Positions 25,752 to 41,636 of a stretch of 64,000 nucleotides of DNA are shown piece by piece (position 1 is the stretch's first letter; every line of letters starts with the position of its first letter). The translations under genes and the position numbers were made by a program. Source of the stretch: the human T2T-CHM13v2.0 reference genome, Homo sapiens; assembly GCF_009914755.1 (NCBI RefSeq), contig NC_060929.1. One strand, given 5' to 3'. The notes under the pieces are model-generated. The model ran no database searches, was not told the origin of the DNA, and worked only from the letters and a program-made list of their open reading frames with translations.

Positions 25752-26594
25752 TTAATTTGGCTCAGATATGTAGGACTGAGAACCATAAACTCTCCCACCT
25801 AAAAGACACCCCCCACACCACCACCCCTGTCCGGTGTCAGGACTTAGCCATATTATTTGGTACAGTGGGCCTATAGTAGTCTTTGACACATTGATCAATG
25901 TCACCTCTAAGCTTTTTGGGGGTGGCTTATACCTCTTTGAGGTATCAATCTTAGCAGTGAAATAAAGAGGGTGGCAGTAGTCATTATAGAAGAGGGTATT
26001 CCGTGTGGAAAAATACTGTGTGAATTTTGCAGTTACAAGGTAGGCAGAACAAGTCATAATGCCTATGTATTTTGTGACACCAGAGAAATTCCAACCAAAA
26101 GTGTCTTTCTTACTATCCCTGGCTAGGTAATAGCAGTAGACAGGTGAATTCAGATGTAGATACTTCTGGAAACATTCCTTTAAATAGTAAGACCGTGGAA
26201 ATTACTATAAAAGTGATCCTGAGGTAGGCTACCACCTCACTGATAAATAAAGCATAGTTTAAGCAGTTGGGGAATGACATTTACTGTTTTGATAAGGATA
26301 GCCACCACCATCAGAATTGTTTGGTGGCCCCAGAACAGGGAGAAATCTGATATGAAGTCCAGGGTGATTCAGTCTCAAGGGCACTTGGGGAGCAATGCAG
26401 TGACCTTAGAGTCTTATTTTTTGTTTCTTTGTTTGACCCAGGCAGTTGTGCTTTGAAAAGCACTGGGCTGCTGTAATTCTCAGTGTGCCACATTCAATGC
26501 CTTGGAAGGGCCATGGTGGCTTTCCAGGGATAGAGAATGGAACAAGGAGTAGGAACCTATCATTTTGGGGTGACTGAACTACTTTTCCACTGAT

Positions 26595-26760
26595 CTCCTG
26601 AGTCACTTCGAGCACAGCTGGAAATCAGAGTGCTAATCAGAAGCCCCTACCTATTGTCTGCATCTGATTGGTCACGGAATTTCAGCAGCACTGAAATGTA
26701 ACTATTTAAGGGAGAGGATCTCCCAGAATGGCTTAGTGTCAGTTACCCATGGTAATCAGA
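26595..26760. promoter_or_regulatory. Motif cluster: AP-1 TGAGTCA, inverted CCAAT, TATTTAA, X-box-like GTTACCCATGGTAAT
   Basis: Four motifs within ~160 nt of non-repeat sequence. Confidence 0.35.
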
Positions 26761-29700
26761 CCTGCAGTCAGCCCAGTGATTCTGGCTGCCTGATATATTA
26801 GTAATTTGTAGCTCAGCGTTTCTGAAAAATAAACCTGTCACTGCTGAGCTTTCTGAACTTCTGAATATGTGACAAGCTGGAGTGATTGGATTGCATTGTG
26901 AGGTGCCAGGCTCTCTCCAGCGTGGGCCTACAGGCCTTGACAGTGACCATTGTCACACGCTGAGTATTGACCGTGGCCAGTGTAAATTTCCTTCCAAAAA
27001 CAAGCATAAGGTAGATGCAGTCTACTGCCCTGGGTCTTCTTTTGCAATAGGCTAAAATTAAACATGCCTGTTTTCGTACCATTAGATTAGGGCAGACTGA
27101 GGAAGGCTACTCCTGGAACAGAAGTGATCAGATTACTGAGTGAAAGACATTATTGAATCAGGTCAAATTCATTAGATTTCCTGATGATCCAGAATTAACC
27201 ATGATATAGTTCCATAGGCAAGGCATTGGCCACCCACAATCTGCTTCTAACCAGAACACTCTTCAGCTCAGCATGGGGGTCCACATGGCAGATGAAGTTG
27301 AGCTAACCTCTGCCTTTCCCTCGATTGCTCAGACTCTGCATTTCCTGGCAAGAGATGTGACCTTCTCTCTAGAGGTGTACCCACCCTGCAAATGTCAGTG
27401 AAAAACAGACACCCCTGCCCACTGGCTCCTCTGGAATCTGAAGGCCAGAGTGTCTGGTAGAAAGATGTGTCCGGGTAGCTAACCATACGCTGACCTGACT
27501 GGAGGTCAAGTGACTTAACAAGGCTTCCAGGCTCATGCAACAGGATCAATTCATCTTCCAAAGTTGTTCTGAGGCCTTCTTGAAACTGGGCCCCAACGCA
27601 GAGCCCATTCCGTGACAGCTCCTGGATGAGAAGACAGAATTCAGCTGCACTTCAGCTAATCATCCTCTCTTCTCTTTGCCTTTTTGTCTAAGGCAGTATG
27701 TGGCAGCATCAATCTTTTCCACTGTCACCTGGCTATCAAACAGGTCCCATACAGTGTTCAAGAAACCCTGTGGGGCTGCCAGATTACACAGCTGAACTCC
27801 CCTTAGGGAAGATAAATAACCACACTTTCTGCCTCTTCTAAGAAACCTGGGAAGTTATTACAAATGTTTAAATCTGAATAAAATTTAGGCAGTTCTTCCA
27901 GACTTCGTCAGGGTTTGGGGGTAGTTGGAGGACAGAAAGCCCTGGAAGAGATGACAACAGAGGCTCTAAAAGTTAAAGTGTTACCTTACTACTTTCCCAT
28001 GGAGTATGGCTTCATTCTGAGTGCCATATTACCCAGGAACAGTAACTGGAATATAGCCACTAGACTTTTCATTCTACCCTAGCAATAGGTATACTTCTGT
28101 AGTATTTTATTCCCTCTGGTAGGAGACCAGGACAGACCCAGCCGGAAGGTCAGCCAGGAGATACAGTGCCAGGGGTTTAATTCTTAGAACTGGAACCAAG
28201 ACAGTCAAGATAATTTCCCTGATGTGGCCAGAAACAGGAAGAGACAGAGGCGGGATCAAGCCAAGTCCTTTGAGCATGCCAATGATCAAAACTGAGATTG
28301 GGTGAGGACCAGACTAGAAAATGAAAACAAAGCTGGCAGGTTGGAAGGTAGGCAGAACTGCAACAGAACAGGACACACATTAAAGGCTTGGAAGCAAAGT
28401 GAGGAGGCTCTGGGCAATAGAGGCCACAAACAGAGCTAGAACATCTGCAGCTTGTTTTTCTCATCTGCCAGTCATGTGGAACACAGCTGGCTCATACTAG
28501 TCTAGGACACCCAAGGCAAATACCCAGTTAGGAATATGAAATTAACCAGGTCACAAACAGCTTCTGCCGTAGAGCAGATTGTACGTACCCATTGACATGG
28601 GCTGCTCTTCCCCACTCCAGGACTCAGCCCAGGTGCTTGGATTTTTAGGACCTGCCATCTCCTGACTGTTTTAAACCTGACTTATTTCCTGCCTAGTTTT
28701 CTGGCATCTTTCAGGCTACTTATTTGAATTTCTGACCAGCTCTAATCTATTGCTACCCATGTTCAAGTGTGACAGATCTCTTCCCAAACATGATTCACTT
28801 GGAAAAACTATTTACAACCATAGGATTTTTGGTAATGTGAATATAGTCAATGTTCTCAAGGGATTTATTTTTCCCTAAATGATGTTACCCATTTGTTTTA
28901 GGTGATTTGGGGATATTTCTATTTAAAAAATTAAGACATATCCTCCATCTTTCCTCTGAGATAAAACATCAGAAAATTGAAATACTTTAATTTGTTTTTA
29001 TACCTAAAAATGGCATTACAACATCTCTTTCCTCCCTGTTAAGTCTCTGGCATAGTTTGTTAGAAAGACCCAAATTAATAAACTGTTTTTCATATATTAC
29101 ATCTTAAATGAAATGCTTTTTGCTGACAACAAAAAAGAAATGCCTTAATTTAACAGAGATGCACACTTTAAATCATACGATAGGTTGTTACTTCGGGAGA
29201 TACTTCCTGTATTAGCTAATTTCATTCATGGTATGTGGATTTTTGCTAGCTTCTGTCTATGAGGATTATGCTTTCTGATCTTGTCCCTAATTTTGGGTTA
29301 TCCCTATCTTGTTTGGGGGCCTAAGTCATCTTTGTACTTAGTTAAAATTACTAAATTTGAATTTCAATTTAGTCACTCATTTATTCCGTTCACATATATT
29401 GAGCCTATAGTATTGATTGATTGACTGATTCAATAAATAGATATTTATCGAGTGCCTACTTCTACCAGCACTATTCTAGGTGTTAAATAAGACAGAGATC
29501 CTTCCCTCCCACTGTTCACAGTTTAGTAGGGATGAGAAAAAAACCATTCCAGAGAATGATGCTGTGTGGATACGAATAGGAGGTTATAGGACACATTGGA
29601 AGGGATGAAATTCAGTTGATTTGTGAAGTATGAGTAGACATCAGTTGATTTAAAGGTATTAATGCAAAACGGACCTAACCCTATGAGCTGTGAGTTTAGA

Positions 29701-32232
29701 CTCTTCTATCTTTGTATTTTCTCCATGGCTTCATTAAATTTCAAGCCTGTAGACCAAACTAAGCTTAGGAAGTGTGTTTGGGTGTCTGGAGTCACTTCCA
29801 GCATCCAGACTTTTTCAATAACCTCTGAAGATATCAATCTTGGTTATTTCTAATAATCTTCCAATGGAAACATGTAGACAGTGCAACAACTTAAAATGCT
29901 ATAAATGGGCAATCGGCTTGTCCCTGGTTAAGACATCATTTTCTGCCCACGGTGTTTGGGCTTGAGTTAATAAATTACCTAACCTCTCACTAACTAATAC
30001 TTTTTCTTTGGATACAATTTAACTATTAATTTATTTTCCAATAAGCCTAAAGTTTTCTTGCATTTTGAATAATAATAATGTACCTGTTGATAAGAGGTTT
30101 TAGAGATTCACATTATAAAAAAATTTAAGAACAGCAATTGTACAAAATACAGTTTTCCAAAGTGCTAGAAAATAAGTAACTGATAACTAAGATCTAATAA
30201 TACAAATAAGATCTAGCATATGAGTGAACTGGCCTTTAATTATAACCAATTATGAGAAATTATACTGAGAACTGTATTACTTTAAAAATATACTTTGACT
30301 CTCTAACTCTCTGAGTTGAGTGACTGTTAGTATAAAATTAAGAATTACTCTCCCTATTTGAAGATATCTAAAAAATAAACCCAAGATGGTAATTATAGAC
30401 ATGAGATTAGAACTGAGAGTTCCTGGTATCTTGTCCAATGAAATATCTTTTATTATTTGTTGTCCCAAAAGAGGTTGAAACCAGATTGTGAAATTAATTT
30501 AGGTCACAACCAGTATTTATTTTAAAAAAGGACAAAATAAATATAATAAAACACAATACAGTAGGAAATAAAGCATATCACAAGTAGTGATGATAAGGAT
30601 TTCATAAATTTTTTTTGTGCATTTTATATCTACCTGTACAGAAATGCTAGGTCACAATGTAGAATGCATTTTTTTGTTTGTTTTATGGGGAGACCTAGTC
30701 AAAAATGTTTGAAAGCCACTATCTTAGAAGATGTAGTCCAAGTGGTAATTGTGCTCCAAGAGAAGCCAGAGAGCTTTAGGAGTGCTTTACAGGGGTTCAG
30801 ACCAATAAAAATGGACACATCTGGTGAAAAGGACTTCCTGGACGTCTTGAATAGCTAAAGAAAGGTCCATCATGATGAACATAAATTCAAATTTCCCTGA
30901 AAATTGAGGATTGTTAATGGCTACAACTACTTCTGAGGCTGCTAGTACAAGTCTTAACTTTAAGTATTACAAAGTGCTGTGCCAAGGGAAAGTGGTGTGC
31001 CAAGGGAAAAGCCAGCCAAGCACACCTGCAGAGTGGTAGGCCAAGGGAAAGCTAGCCATAGATCAAGGCAGCTTGAATGTCTTGCCATGGTAGAGTTACA
31101 GTACGTTGGCTGCCCTCTAAAAGGGCTATAGCCTCATTTTATGGGGTCACTACATATGGAATGTCTTGAAGTCAGTTTGTTAGAAGCTTCTGCCCTAAGT
31201 CCTTTGGCCACTACAGCAAGATAATCTGTCTGTTGTTGGGTCTTATCAAATATAGGTTTAAAAAAAGATTGCATTTCAGGAAACCCAAGGAAACTAACAG
31301 GTATCAAAAACAGTGTAAGTGTTGTATCCCCTTAGAAGGTCCTTTCTGTCTCTTAGAGGAAAAGGCACTTGCCTTGTCTTTCTAAATGTATCAGTAATTT
31401 AATTCTGAAATATTTGGAACATACCAAATTGGGAACATCTGGGACATATCAGGCCATGCAGATGTTGGGAAGTTCTAGTGATCCATGAAGACAAACACTG
31501 GATTATATGTACCTTCAGACTAGTACCACTCCTCTAAAAAAGCCACCTTTGAATGTCTCTGCTAAGTATTATTGGTGTAACTCTATTATTTGTTTGTTGA
31601 ATTTTGTGCTAGGTGCTCTGAGATTTTATGCACTGACAAATATTTCCAAAGGCCCAGATTCTGTTTATTCAAATTGATCTAAGTAAGCCAGCTCTCCCCA
31701 CTTTTTGAAAGGGTGAATGAGGAAGCTCCATTCCCAACTTGGATGTTTAGAAGTGGCAAGAATGAGAATGAGATGCATGTGGTTTTTACAGGGGTAATCG
31801 GCAGCATCATTCAATCACTTGGGCAACGTTACAATCAAGAAGGGAATCCAGTGGACACACGGGAGCTTAAGCTTGCCCTTGAAGTGTGCAACTCAACCCA
31901 CATTCAAGCATGTTTGCTTCCAAGCAGATTCTGTTTGTAAATACTTGTGATTCTATTAGCCATGATTCATAACAAGGAGACCAAGAATACTGACACATTA
32001 GGCCACAAAAAACTAAAAAGATATGAGAGACTGGAAGTAACCAGAATCAGAACTCCAGGTCACCATTAGGCTCCTACAACAGGATATAGAGAGGCATGTG
32101 AGTGCTTTGGATCCAGGCTAGACAGCAGAGTGGTAGGCCCACGTGATCTGTAAAGATGGGATCCATAAAAATGGTGGATACTATGGTTCCAGGAATTCAG
32201 AATTCAAGTGCTGGAAAGGTCAGTGTAGGTCA

Positions 32233-32558
<326 letters not shown>

Positions 32559-35500
32559 CCAGTGCTAGTGAACAGGTTGTGACTTTTGACCACGGGCAGA
32601 GTCTATTTCCTCTCTGTTGTAATTTTATGATCTCTGTGTGTAAGCAGACAAAAATTCACAGGGAGAGTCAGACCTCCTAGGTGTTGATGGATCCTGAATC
32701 TTATACTTACACCTTCTCAAAAATACATACTGATAGTATTTATGCAGGTACAATTAAAATATTACTAAAATCAAGACAGCTTAATAATTATTTCCTGCAT
32801 GTTCATGACAGTTTACATAAATCAAGGACTAGTACATCAACACAGAAAGAGTATCTCGTTAAAGCAATTGTTTATACCATGTGATATTTACCTGGTTTTG
32901 CCCACTCTGAGCGTCAGAGTCTGGGCCTAATAGTCAGATGTCTATTTACAATACCTGAAAGAGTAAATAATATATGTTTTATTATATAAATAATTTAATC
33001 ATATCTACATAGATAATAAATATGTAAAGTAGAGATCTGATAAAAATTTCTGATTCGTCATTACTAGTGAACTAGTAAAGCTCTTTAGCTCATTGTAGTT
33101 AAACTAATAACCATCATTCTAGTCTGAATTTCTTCTTTCTCCAGTTCTTCTGATCTCTTTTCACTCGTCATGTTCTGATTTCATCCCCTTTGAGATGCTT
33201 ACCTTGACTCAGCCTTTATTTTTGGTCTTTGCTAGGAACTTCATAGGCTTTATTTTGACAGTGATTCTGCTCAGTGTGTTCCACCAAATCCTTTATCTGC
33301 TTATCTCACAGGTCAGGCTTCAGTTCTTCTAACCTAAGCATTCTGTTCTCTTCACAGTGACATCCTATTCCATTGTGTTTGGCCACATTCTACAGCTAGT
33401 GATGGAAGAGGTCTATTCGGATTTTTTGTGAGGAAGCAGGCCTTTCAGATTGGAGTGCAGCTGGATGTGGCGCTCTTACATGCCTCCAGCAGCTGCCTGA
33501 GAACTCCTAAACTGTTTATAGTCAGAGGTTACATAGGCTCCTCACACAAGCATTATTTCACTTAATCTTTACAACAATCTGGTGAAATACATATTGTTAT
33601 TATGCTGCAAAGATGAATTAATGAGGGTGCAAAGCAAGCAAATAGCAGAAGCCTTATATAATAGAAACTCAAGTCATCTGATTTAAGCCTAAGACTGTTG
33701 CCTTTAAAAAGGGTTAAGTGACTGCACAGCTCAAAATCATTACAATATTGACAACTTTCCACTTCAAATTGGCCTTGGAATTATCACCTTTTTTATTGTA
33801 AAATTACATAATTTCTACAGCTTCTGTTTTCTTATTTGGTTAGTTTCTAATTGGCCACATTACATAAAATAATCACCATTTGTCTAATTCGAAGTATAAA
33901 TAATTCCAATGAATGAAAGCAGAAGCAAGTAATCAACTATAGTGCAACCAATAATTTTGCAGATCCAATTAGTATTTGGCTAATTTTGAACAGTGCAGAT
34001 TATTATTATGTACAGAGCTCCTAGAAAAAACAAAGGCAGTAAACTAAAAATACTTTTTATAAATACAGGGTAGTATGTATAGAAGTGGCAGTCAAATAGG
34101 ATTATATTTATATACTAAATACACTAAAATTTATGTATAACTACATTACACCAATTTTAAAGAAAAACTTACTATGAGTACTTTGGGGTTTTAAAAATTT
34201 GTTTCAAAAAGTATTTTCTTATCTGCAGTGTTCTCATATCAGAAATTCTGGCACCAAACCAGACAAGCCATTCATAGCACTTACCAAAGTTGACAACTTA
34301 TATTCTGAGTAAGTGTGTTTTGTCAGATAATGGGTATGAAAAGAATACTGATGAAAGAAAAGCAAGAACACAGGGATATACTTATTTATATATGACATAG
34401 CGTAATTATAGAAATATTGTCAAAAGTGGCCTAAACAAACTTTTCTTACTTCAAGTTATTTAAATAAATAACTCCACTTGTAGACTTAATCTGTTACTAA
34501 GGGCCACTTTGTCATATTAATCAAGAGTTAAGAATTAAAAATATAATATGGGCATTTATTTATAAGCCAAAAATGTGACTTGCTCATTTCTTAATGATAG
34601 TGTAGTAATATTTATAAATCACACATCATCTATTTGACTGAAATGAAAAAAATGTCTTTCAAATTAGTGGTCAAATTTGGCCAATAATTTTTAAACTAGG
34701 AAAGAGTTCCCCTCCAGAAAATGGTTAGGAAATGAGCTAAATCATACACAAGAAAAAGACACATACCTTCCTCAAAAAAAAAAAAAAAATCTAACTGACT
34801 TAAGGCAATCCAGACTAGCAGAAGTTGGCTGGTGTTTCTTAAAGAAATATAATGAAATATAATGTACCCTGTCTTTTGTTTTGGTTCTCTCTTTGGATTT
34901 CACAAGCACCTATTTTGATGAGGGAGTTCCTTTATCTCCCCAAATGGGCATTGCTTATGTTTCTCTATCCCTGATCTTTGGACTGAAAAGACTTACATTA
35001 AGATGATTAGGGGCAGTGACATAATACAAGTGCTAATAGAATTGATCATCTGAGATACAATTTTGAGGAGACTTATGTGATTAACAAAATACTAATGTAT
35101 CTTGAAATTTCTAATTTTCAGTATTCCACTATGATTTGACATCTCTGCACCGCTGAAACAATATTTTGGGGTTTTTGAAGTTTGAATAGTTTAATAAATA
35201 GGTTATATGTACTAATTCCAAATAATCTTAAAATATAAATTACATGTATTTCTATTCTTTGTCTTTGATAGAGTGCAAATGGAATAATATCTAGGTAATG
35301 AAATTATTACATAATCATGTTACTAAATACATTTTATGTGCACTGAAGATAATTTTTAAAGATCCTCAAGTGACTACAGAAAAATACCATTTTACCTATA
35401 TGTGTATGTAAATAAAAAATCTTAATTCTTATCTGATTTGTATGTCTTAATTACTTTTATTGTTATGACAGAACTATTACAGCAATTTTGGACACTTTAG

Positions 35501-36379
35501 AAAACACAATAAATCAATATACTAATTTACCCTCTCAATAGTGGTGAATGAGAAGTATGACTCAATCTTTTGGTTTTAGGCAAAATATGGTACATCATTG
35601 CTTTATCTGGATATCTTTTATTACTATGAATTTGAACATTTCTTTATAAACTCATTGGCCATTTTGTTCTACTGTCAAAATTGCCCATTTATAGCCTTTC
35701 CACCATTTTTCTGTTATTTTTATTTTTCTGATTACATATTTTATGCACTAAAATCCTTAACCTTTCATCAAATATATATGTATATACACATATATATATT
35801 GCAGATATTTTGCTTTTGTTTTTTGTTTTTGAAGTGTGTGAGTGAATTATGTGTGTTTGTGTGTGTGTGCTTGAGGATGTGCAGAAGATTTTATTTTTAT
35901 AGAGTATAATCAAACTACCAACTTTTTCCTTTGTGGTTTTCAGCTTTGGTGTTATGCTTGGAAAAACAATTGTGGAGCATATAAGTGTTCACCCAAATTT
36001 TGATGCTGTTAGATTTCTTGTTTATGTCGTTCATTCTTCTGGTGTCAATTTATTTTTATGAAAGTATAAGGATATCTAACATTATTTTTTCCAAATATAT
36101 AACTAGTTTTTCAAATACCAGTTGTAAAATAATCTTTCTCTGCTAATGTGAAATATAAGCCTTATTACATACGAAACTTTTACATATAATTAGATCTGTT
36201 TCTGGAATCTATATTTTTGCACAGTGAATATTCTGTCCCTGCAACTCATTCTTTTCATTACCATATTTTTAAAAAGTGCTTTCGTAACTTACAAGGCAAC
36301 ACTCCCATTACTTTCCTTTTAAAGTATTTTTAATGGATTTTTTTTTTTTGCCCATTATATTTCTTCTTGCACTTTAACA

Positions 36380-36566
36380 TTTTTTTTGAGATGGAGTCTA
36401 GCTCTGTCGCCCAGGCTGGAGTGCAGTGGCACAAATTTTTGGATTTTTAGTAGAGACAGGGTTTCACCATGTTGGTCAGGCTGGTTTCGAACTCCTGACC
36501 TCGTGATCTGCCCACCTCGGTCTCCCAAAGTGCTTGGATTACAGGCGTGAGCCACCGCACCAGGCC
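36380..36566 (-). mobile_element. Alu with a large internal deletion of the right arm
   Basis: gcagtggcaca joined directly to aatttttggatttttagtag; TSD cactttaac. Confidence 0.92.
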
Positions 36567-36809
36567 CACTTTAACTTTCAAATCATTTGTCATATCAACC
36601 TTTGAGCGATAACTAGGGGAAATGACACTAGCACTTTTGTTGTCATTAAACATTAAGTTAGATTAATTTGGAGGAGAATTAAATGGTTTATAATTTTGAA
36701 CCTTTTTATCTCACCCTCTATTCAAGTCATTTTTCTTAATAGTCAAATTTTGAAGCTTTCTATATACAGAATCTATACATTTTTTGTTAATTCCGTTGAT
36801 TTTGTCAGC

Positions 36810-36890
36810 TTTTGCAAGCAAAAAAAATTGCAAGCAAAAAATTTTTGCAAGCAAAAAAATTTGCAAGCAAAAAATTTGCAGGCAAAAAAA
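36810..36890. repeat. Minisatellite, 5 x 16-18 bp TTGCAAGCAAAAAAAT
   Basis: Read directly. Confidence 0.9.
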
Positions 36891-38289
36891 TGGACTCTTG
36901 TTGAATAAGCAGGAAAAGAAAATACTCAAAATATGGTGGGTGGTTCAAAGAATCCATAGGTGAGCTCAAGAAGTAGGCTCAAGGTTAAACTTCCAAAGAA
37001 AATCACCGGAACCATCATAGCAAAGTCTGACAAGAAAATTGTCACTGCCACCACCACCCCAGAGCACTAGCAGCAGTTCAGGTTATAGCTGCCACCTCTG
37101 CACCAGGAACTCTGCTCTTCAGCAGCCACTATTACTTCTAGAGACAGTGCTGCTTCTTTCTTTTTCTTATTTTGTTGCACGGACTAGAACTTCCCAAATA
37201 ATGTGACTAATAGTACTCATGATGAGCAACTTTTTCTTGTTCTTGCCTTTAATGGAAAAATGTGTAGTTTATTTTGATTTACCATTGATCCAGAGAGTGT
37301 TAGGAAAGTTATCTTCAATTCATAATTTACTAAGATATTGTTTTATTTTGTTTATTTTTCTTGTATTTTTCAAATCAGAAATAAATGTTGAGTTTTATCA
37401 GCTGTTTCACTGTCAAAATGATCATATGCTTTTTTTTATTTTAACCTATTAATGCATATAGTACATAGGCTTTCTAGTATTTAGCCTTCCTTGGATTCAT
37501 GAAATAATTCTTATTCAGTCATGGTGGGATAAAGTCAACATCATATACTGGATATGAGTACCTGTTCTGGGATCTGACTGCCCGGGTTCCAATCTAGGTT
37601 TTACCATTACTCTTTATTATGACCCTGGGAAAATAACTTAGTCGTTGCAATACTCAGATTTTTCTTCTATGAATCAGGAAGATAATAATACTTGTGTAAG
37701 AGTTGTGTGAGAATCGTTTGAGATAACGCATGAAAACAACAGTATATGCTACATAGTATGCAGTCAATGTCAATTAGTATCTTCATTGTCTGTTAATATT
37801 ATGTTGATTTTAGTATTGTATACATGATTTGTGCCAAATATTTCCAAATGAGATTGGCTTGTAGTTTTCTTTTGGGATGTTGTTTTTGTCAATTATCTTT
37901 GATATATTTTCTGTATAAGGGTTATATTAGTCTTGCCAAATAAACAGGAAAGCTTTCTATCTTCTTCTGTACTCTAGAAGACTTTTAAACATTTACATTT
38001 CTGTTCAGTTAAGGAAAGAAAATTTTTCTGTAAACCATTAGTGTCTTCAATTTTAATAAGTATAGTTCTATGACATCTTTTTCATTTCTTTCATGGCTTT
38101 TATCTTTTCAAAGATTTTATTTCATTTTATTCATTTGCACTATCTTAGAATATCATTTATTACCATACAGTTATAAATCCAAATTTATTATACTATAGTT
38201 GTACCTAACATTTTCTTTTTCTTCCCGCTTCCTGCTTTTATTAAAATTATACCATGCAATATACTTCTGTAACATTTGTTACAGATAGT

Positions 38290-38740
38290 TACAGAGGTGT
38301 ATTGCACAAATATTATGGAAGTATATTGCATGATGCTATGTTTGGGGTATGACTGAACCTGTCCCCAGCTAGTGAGCAAAGTTCCCAATAGGTAGCTTTT
38401 TAGCCCTTGCACTCTCCCCATCTCCTCCCTCTAGTAGTCCCCAGTGTTCATTGTTCTCATCGTTATGTCCATGTATACTCAATGTTTAGCTCTCACTTGT
38501 AAGTGAGAATGCAGCATTGATTTTCTGCTTCTGCATTAGTTTGCTTAAGATAATGGCCTCCAGCTGCACCCATATTGCTGCTAAGGACAAGATATCATTA
38601 TTTTTTATGGCTGTGCACTATTCCATGGTATACATGTACCACATTTTCTTTATCCATTCCACCCTTCATGGGCACTTGGGTTGATTCCATGTTTTTGTTA
38701 TTGTGAATAGTACTATGATGAACAGAGGGTACATTTGTCT
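38290..38740 (-). mobile_element. L1P 3' UTR fragment
   Basis: gtccccagtgttcattgtt...gtaagtgagaat...ggttgattccatg. Confidence 0.85.
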
Positions 38741-39948
38741 GCTGTTACCTTTTTTCCTATTATGTTACAACATTGATACTTACTATTCTTCTCTTTTGTG
38801 ACAAAGTAGTAGAAATTTCATTATCCATTATTAATAAGGATAGGTTTTAGAATTTTATCAATAAAGAGTATCTGGATAGTTTTACTCTGTAATTTATTAA
38901 TTTCCATTTTTATTTTTACAAGTTTCTTCTTCCTAGTTTGATTACTTTAAAATTACTTTTGTTCCCTATTTTAATGGCTACTTTGTTTATTTTCCTTCTT
39001 TTTTATTTTATTTTTTATTGATACATAATAAACACATGTATTGATGCATTTATAAAATATGTAATAATCAAATCAGGGTAATTGGGATATCTGTGATATT
39101 AAACATTTATCTTTTCTTTATGCTAGGAACATTTGAATTGTTCTCTACTAGCTATTTTGAAATATTCAGTAGCTTATTATTTGCTCTGGTCACTCTACTG
39201 ATTTATTGAACATTGCACCTCGATCAAGGCATTTTAGGCTAAGGGGCATTTTCCTATGTGTACAGTTTGATCTGACCCCATATTTTTAATAAATCTGTTG
39301 TTTTAATGTTCCTTTTAGACTTTATAATCTCAATTTACTCTTTCATACAAGAATTATTTTTAAAGAATGCTTTTCCTTTTAAATACTTATTTTTTTCTAT
39401 ATTTCTAAAATCAACTTCTAATTATATTACATGGAAGTCAGAGAATGTGATCCATATAGTGTTTTTTCCCTCCATCTGATCATTTGATCATTTCATCAAG
39501 AAGCCTGAATAAAGCGGGAGTTAAACACGGTAGACTTAGAGATGTTGAGCATGAAAATTCTCTTTTATTACTTTAAAATATTATAAAATAAATTTAATAC
39601 TTGCATAAGATAGCAGAGAAATGATTACTGTCTTTTATCTGCTTACTGGTGATAACATCAATTTAAATGTCTTAATGTTCAACCTAGATTACAAAATGCC
39701 TCAATTTATATGCTCACTTTCATAAGCTAAGATTTTTTAGTTTTTTTCTTTGCTTTTATGTAGAAAGCATTTTTCTGCCCTGTAATATGAAACTATTATT
39801 AATGTTATTACTCTTTTTATAATATAATTAAAGTATTCATTGGCTTTTGTTGGCTATAATTTGGATTTACTTTTAACATTTAAATATTTCATATACCTAA
39901 ATTCCACTTTTCAGAATATTTCTGTTTATTTGATCGTTATTTTTACAG

Positions 39949-40168
39949 AACATGGTTGGAGAGTGGGCCTTACCAGAAGAAATGGTTGACAATTTACCAC
40001 CCTCCAACAATTGCATACTGGGCCATATTCTTCACAGGCTAGCTGAAAAATCTCTTCCTCCTCGAGCGGAATCAACAACACCTGAATTACCTTCATTTGC
40101 TGTTAAAGGATGCTTATTGGGGAAAACATTAAGTGGAAAAACTACCATTTTAAGGTCTCTACAAAAAG
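39949..40168 (+). CDS. SPEF2: SPEF2 coding exon (~exon 11), NMVGEWALPEE...; contains the Walker A P-loop GKTLSGKT of the adenylate-kinase-like domain
   Basis: ttttacag| acceptor, AAG|gtagaa donor, 220 nt; ORF 39952..40218; GxxxxGKT motif. Confidence 0.96.
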
Positions 40169-40319
40169 GTAGAATTTCTTCTCCTACTCTCCCTGCCATT
40201 AGGTCCTATTTACACTGACTGTAGCTGCAAATGTCTATGTGTATAAAAAACATACAAGAAGCACTGCTGATATGTTGGGAAATCTCTGTCATCAAAAGTT
40301 TTGTAATTTTCCAGGCTAC

Positions 40320-41009
<690 letters not shown>

Positions 41010-41040
41010 TTATCACGTTTTTTAAAAAGAAGCTTGATCC

Positions 41041-41350
<310 letters not shown>

Positions 41351-41481
41351 AGAAACTTGATCCAAAAGACTGTTCTAGCGGGCCTGAAAGACAGTGTTAT
41401 AGGACAAAACCAGCACATAAAGACAACAATTTCCATTTCCCAAATGAAAAGCTATTTATAAAATTATCTTTTGTACTTTAG

Positions 41482-41636
41482 ACTTTCCTATACAGATACT
41501 TTCTATTGACACTCTTGTCCAAGAAGCTATCCAAGCATTTCATGACAATGAAAAAGTCAGTGAGGTTCTACCAATTCAGAAAAATGATGAAGAAGATGCT
41601 CTACCAGTTCTGCAAGAGGAGATTAAAGAAAGCCAG
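41482..41636 (+). CDS. SPEF2: SPEF2 coding exon (~exon 12), DFPIQILSIDTLVQEAIQAF...EEIKESQ; ends at a GC donor
   Basis: actttag| acceptor, CAG|gcaagt donor, 155 nt; the frame continues into the 43200 exon. Confidence 0.93.
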
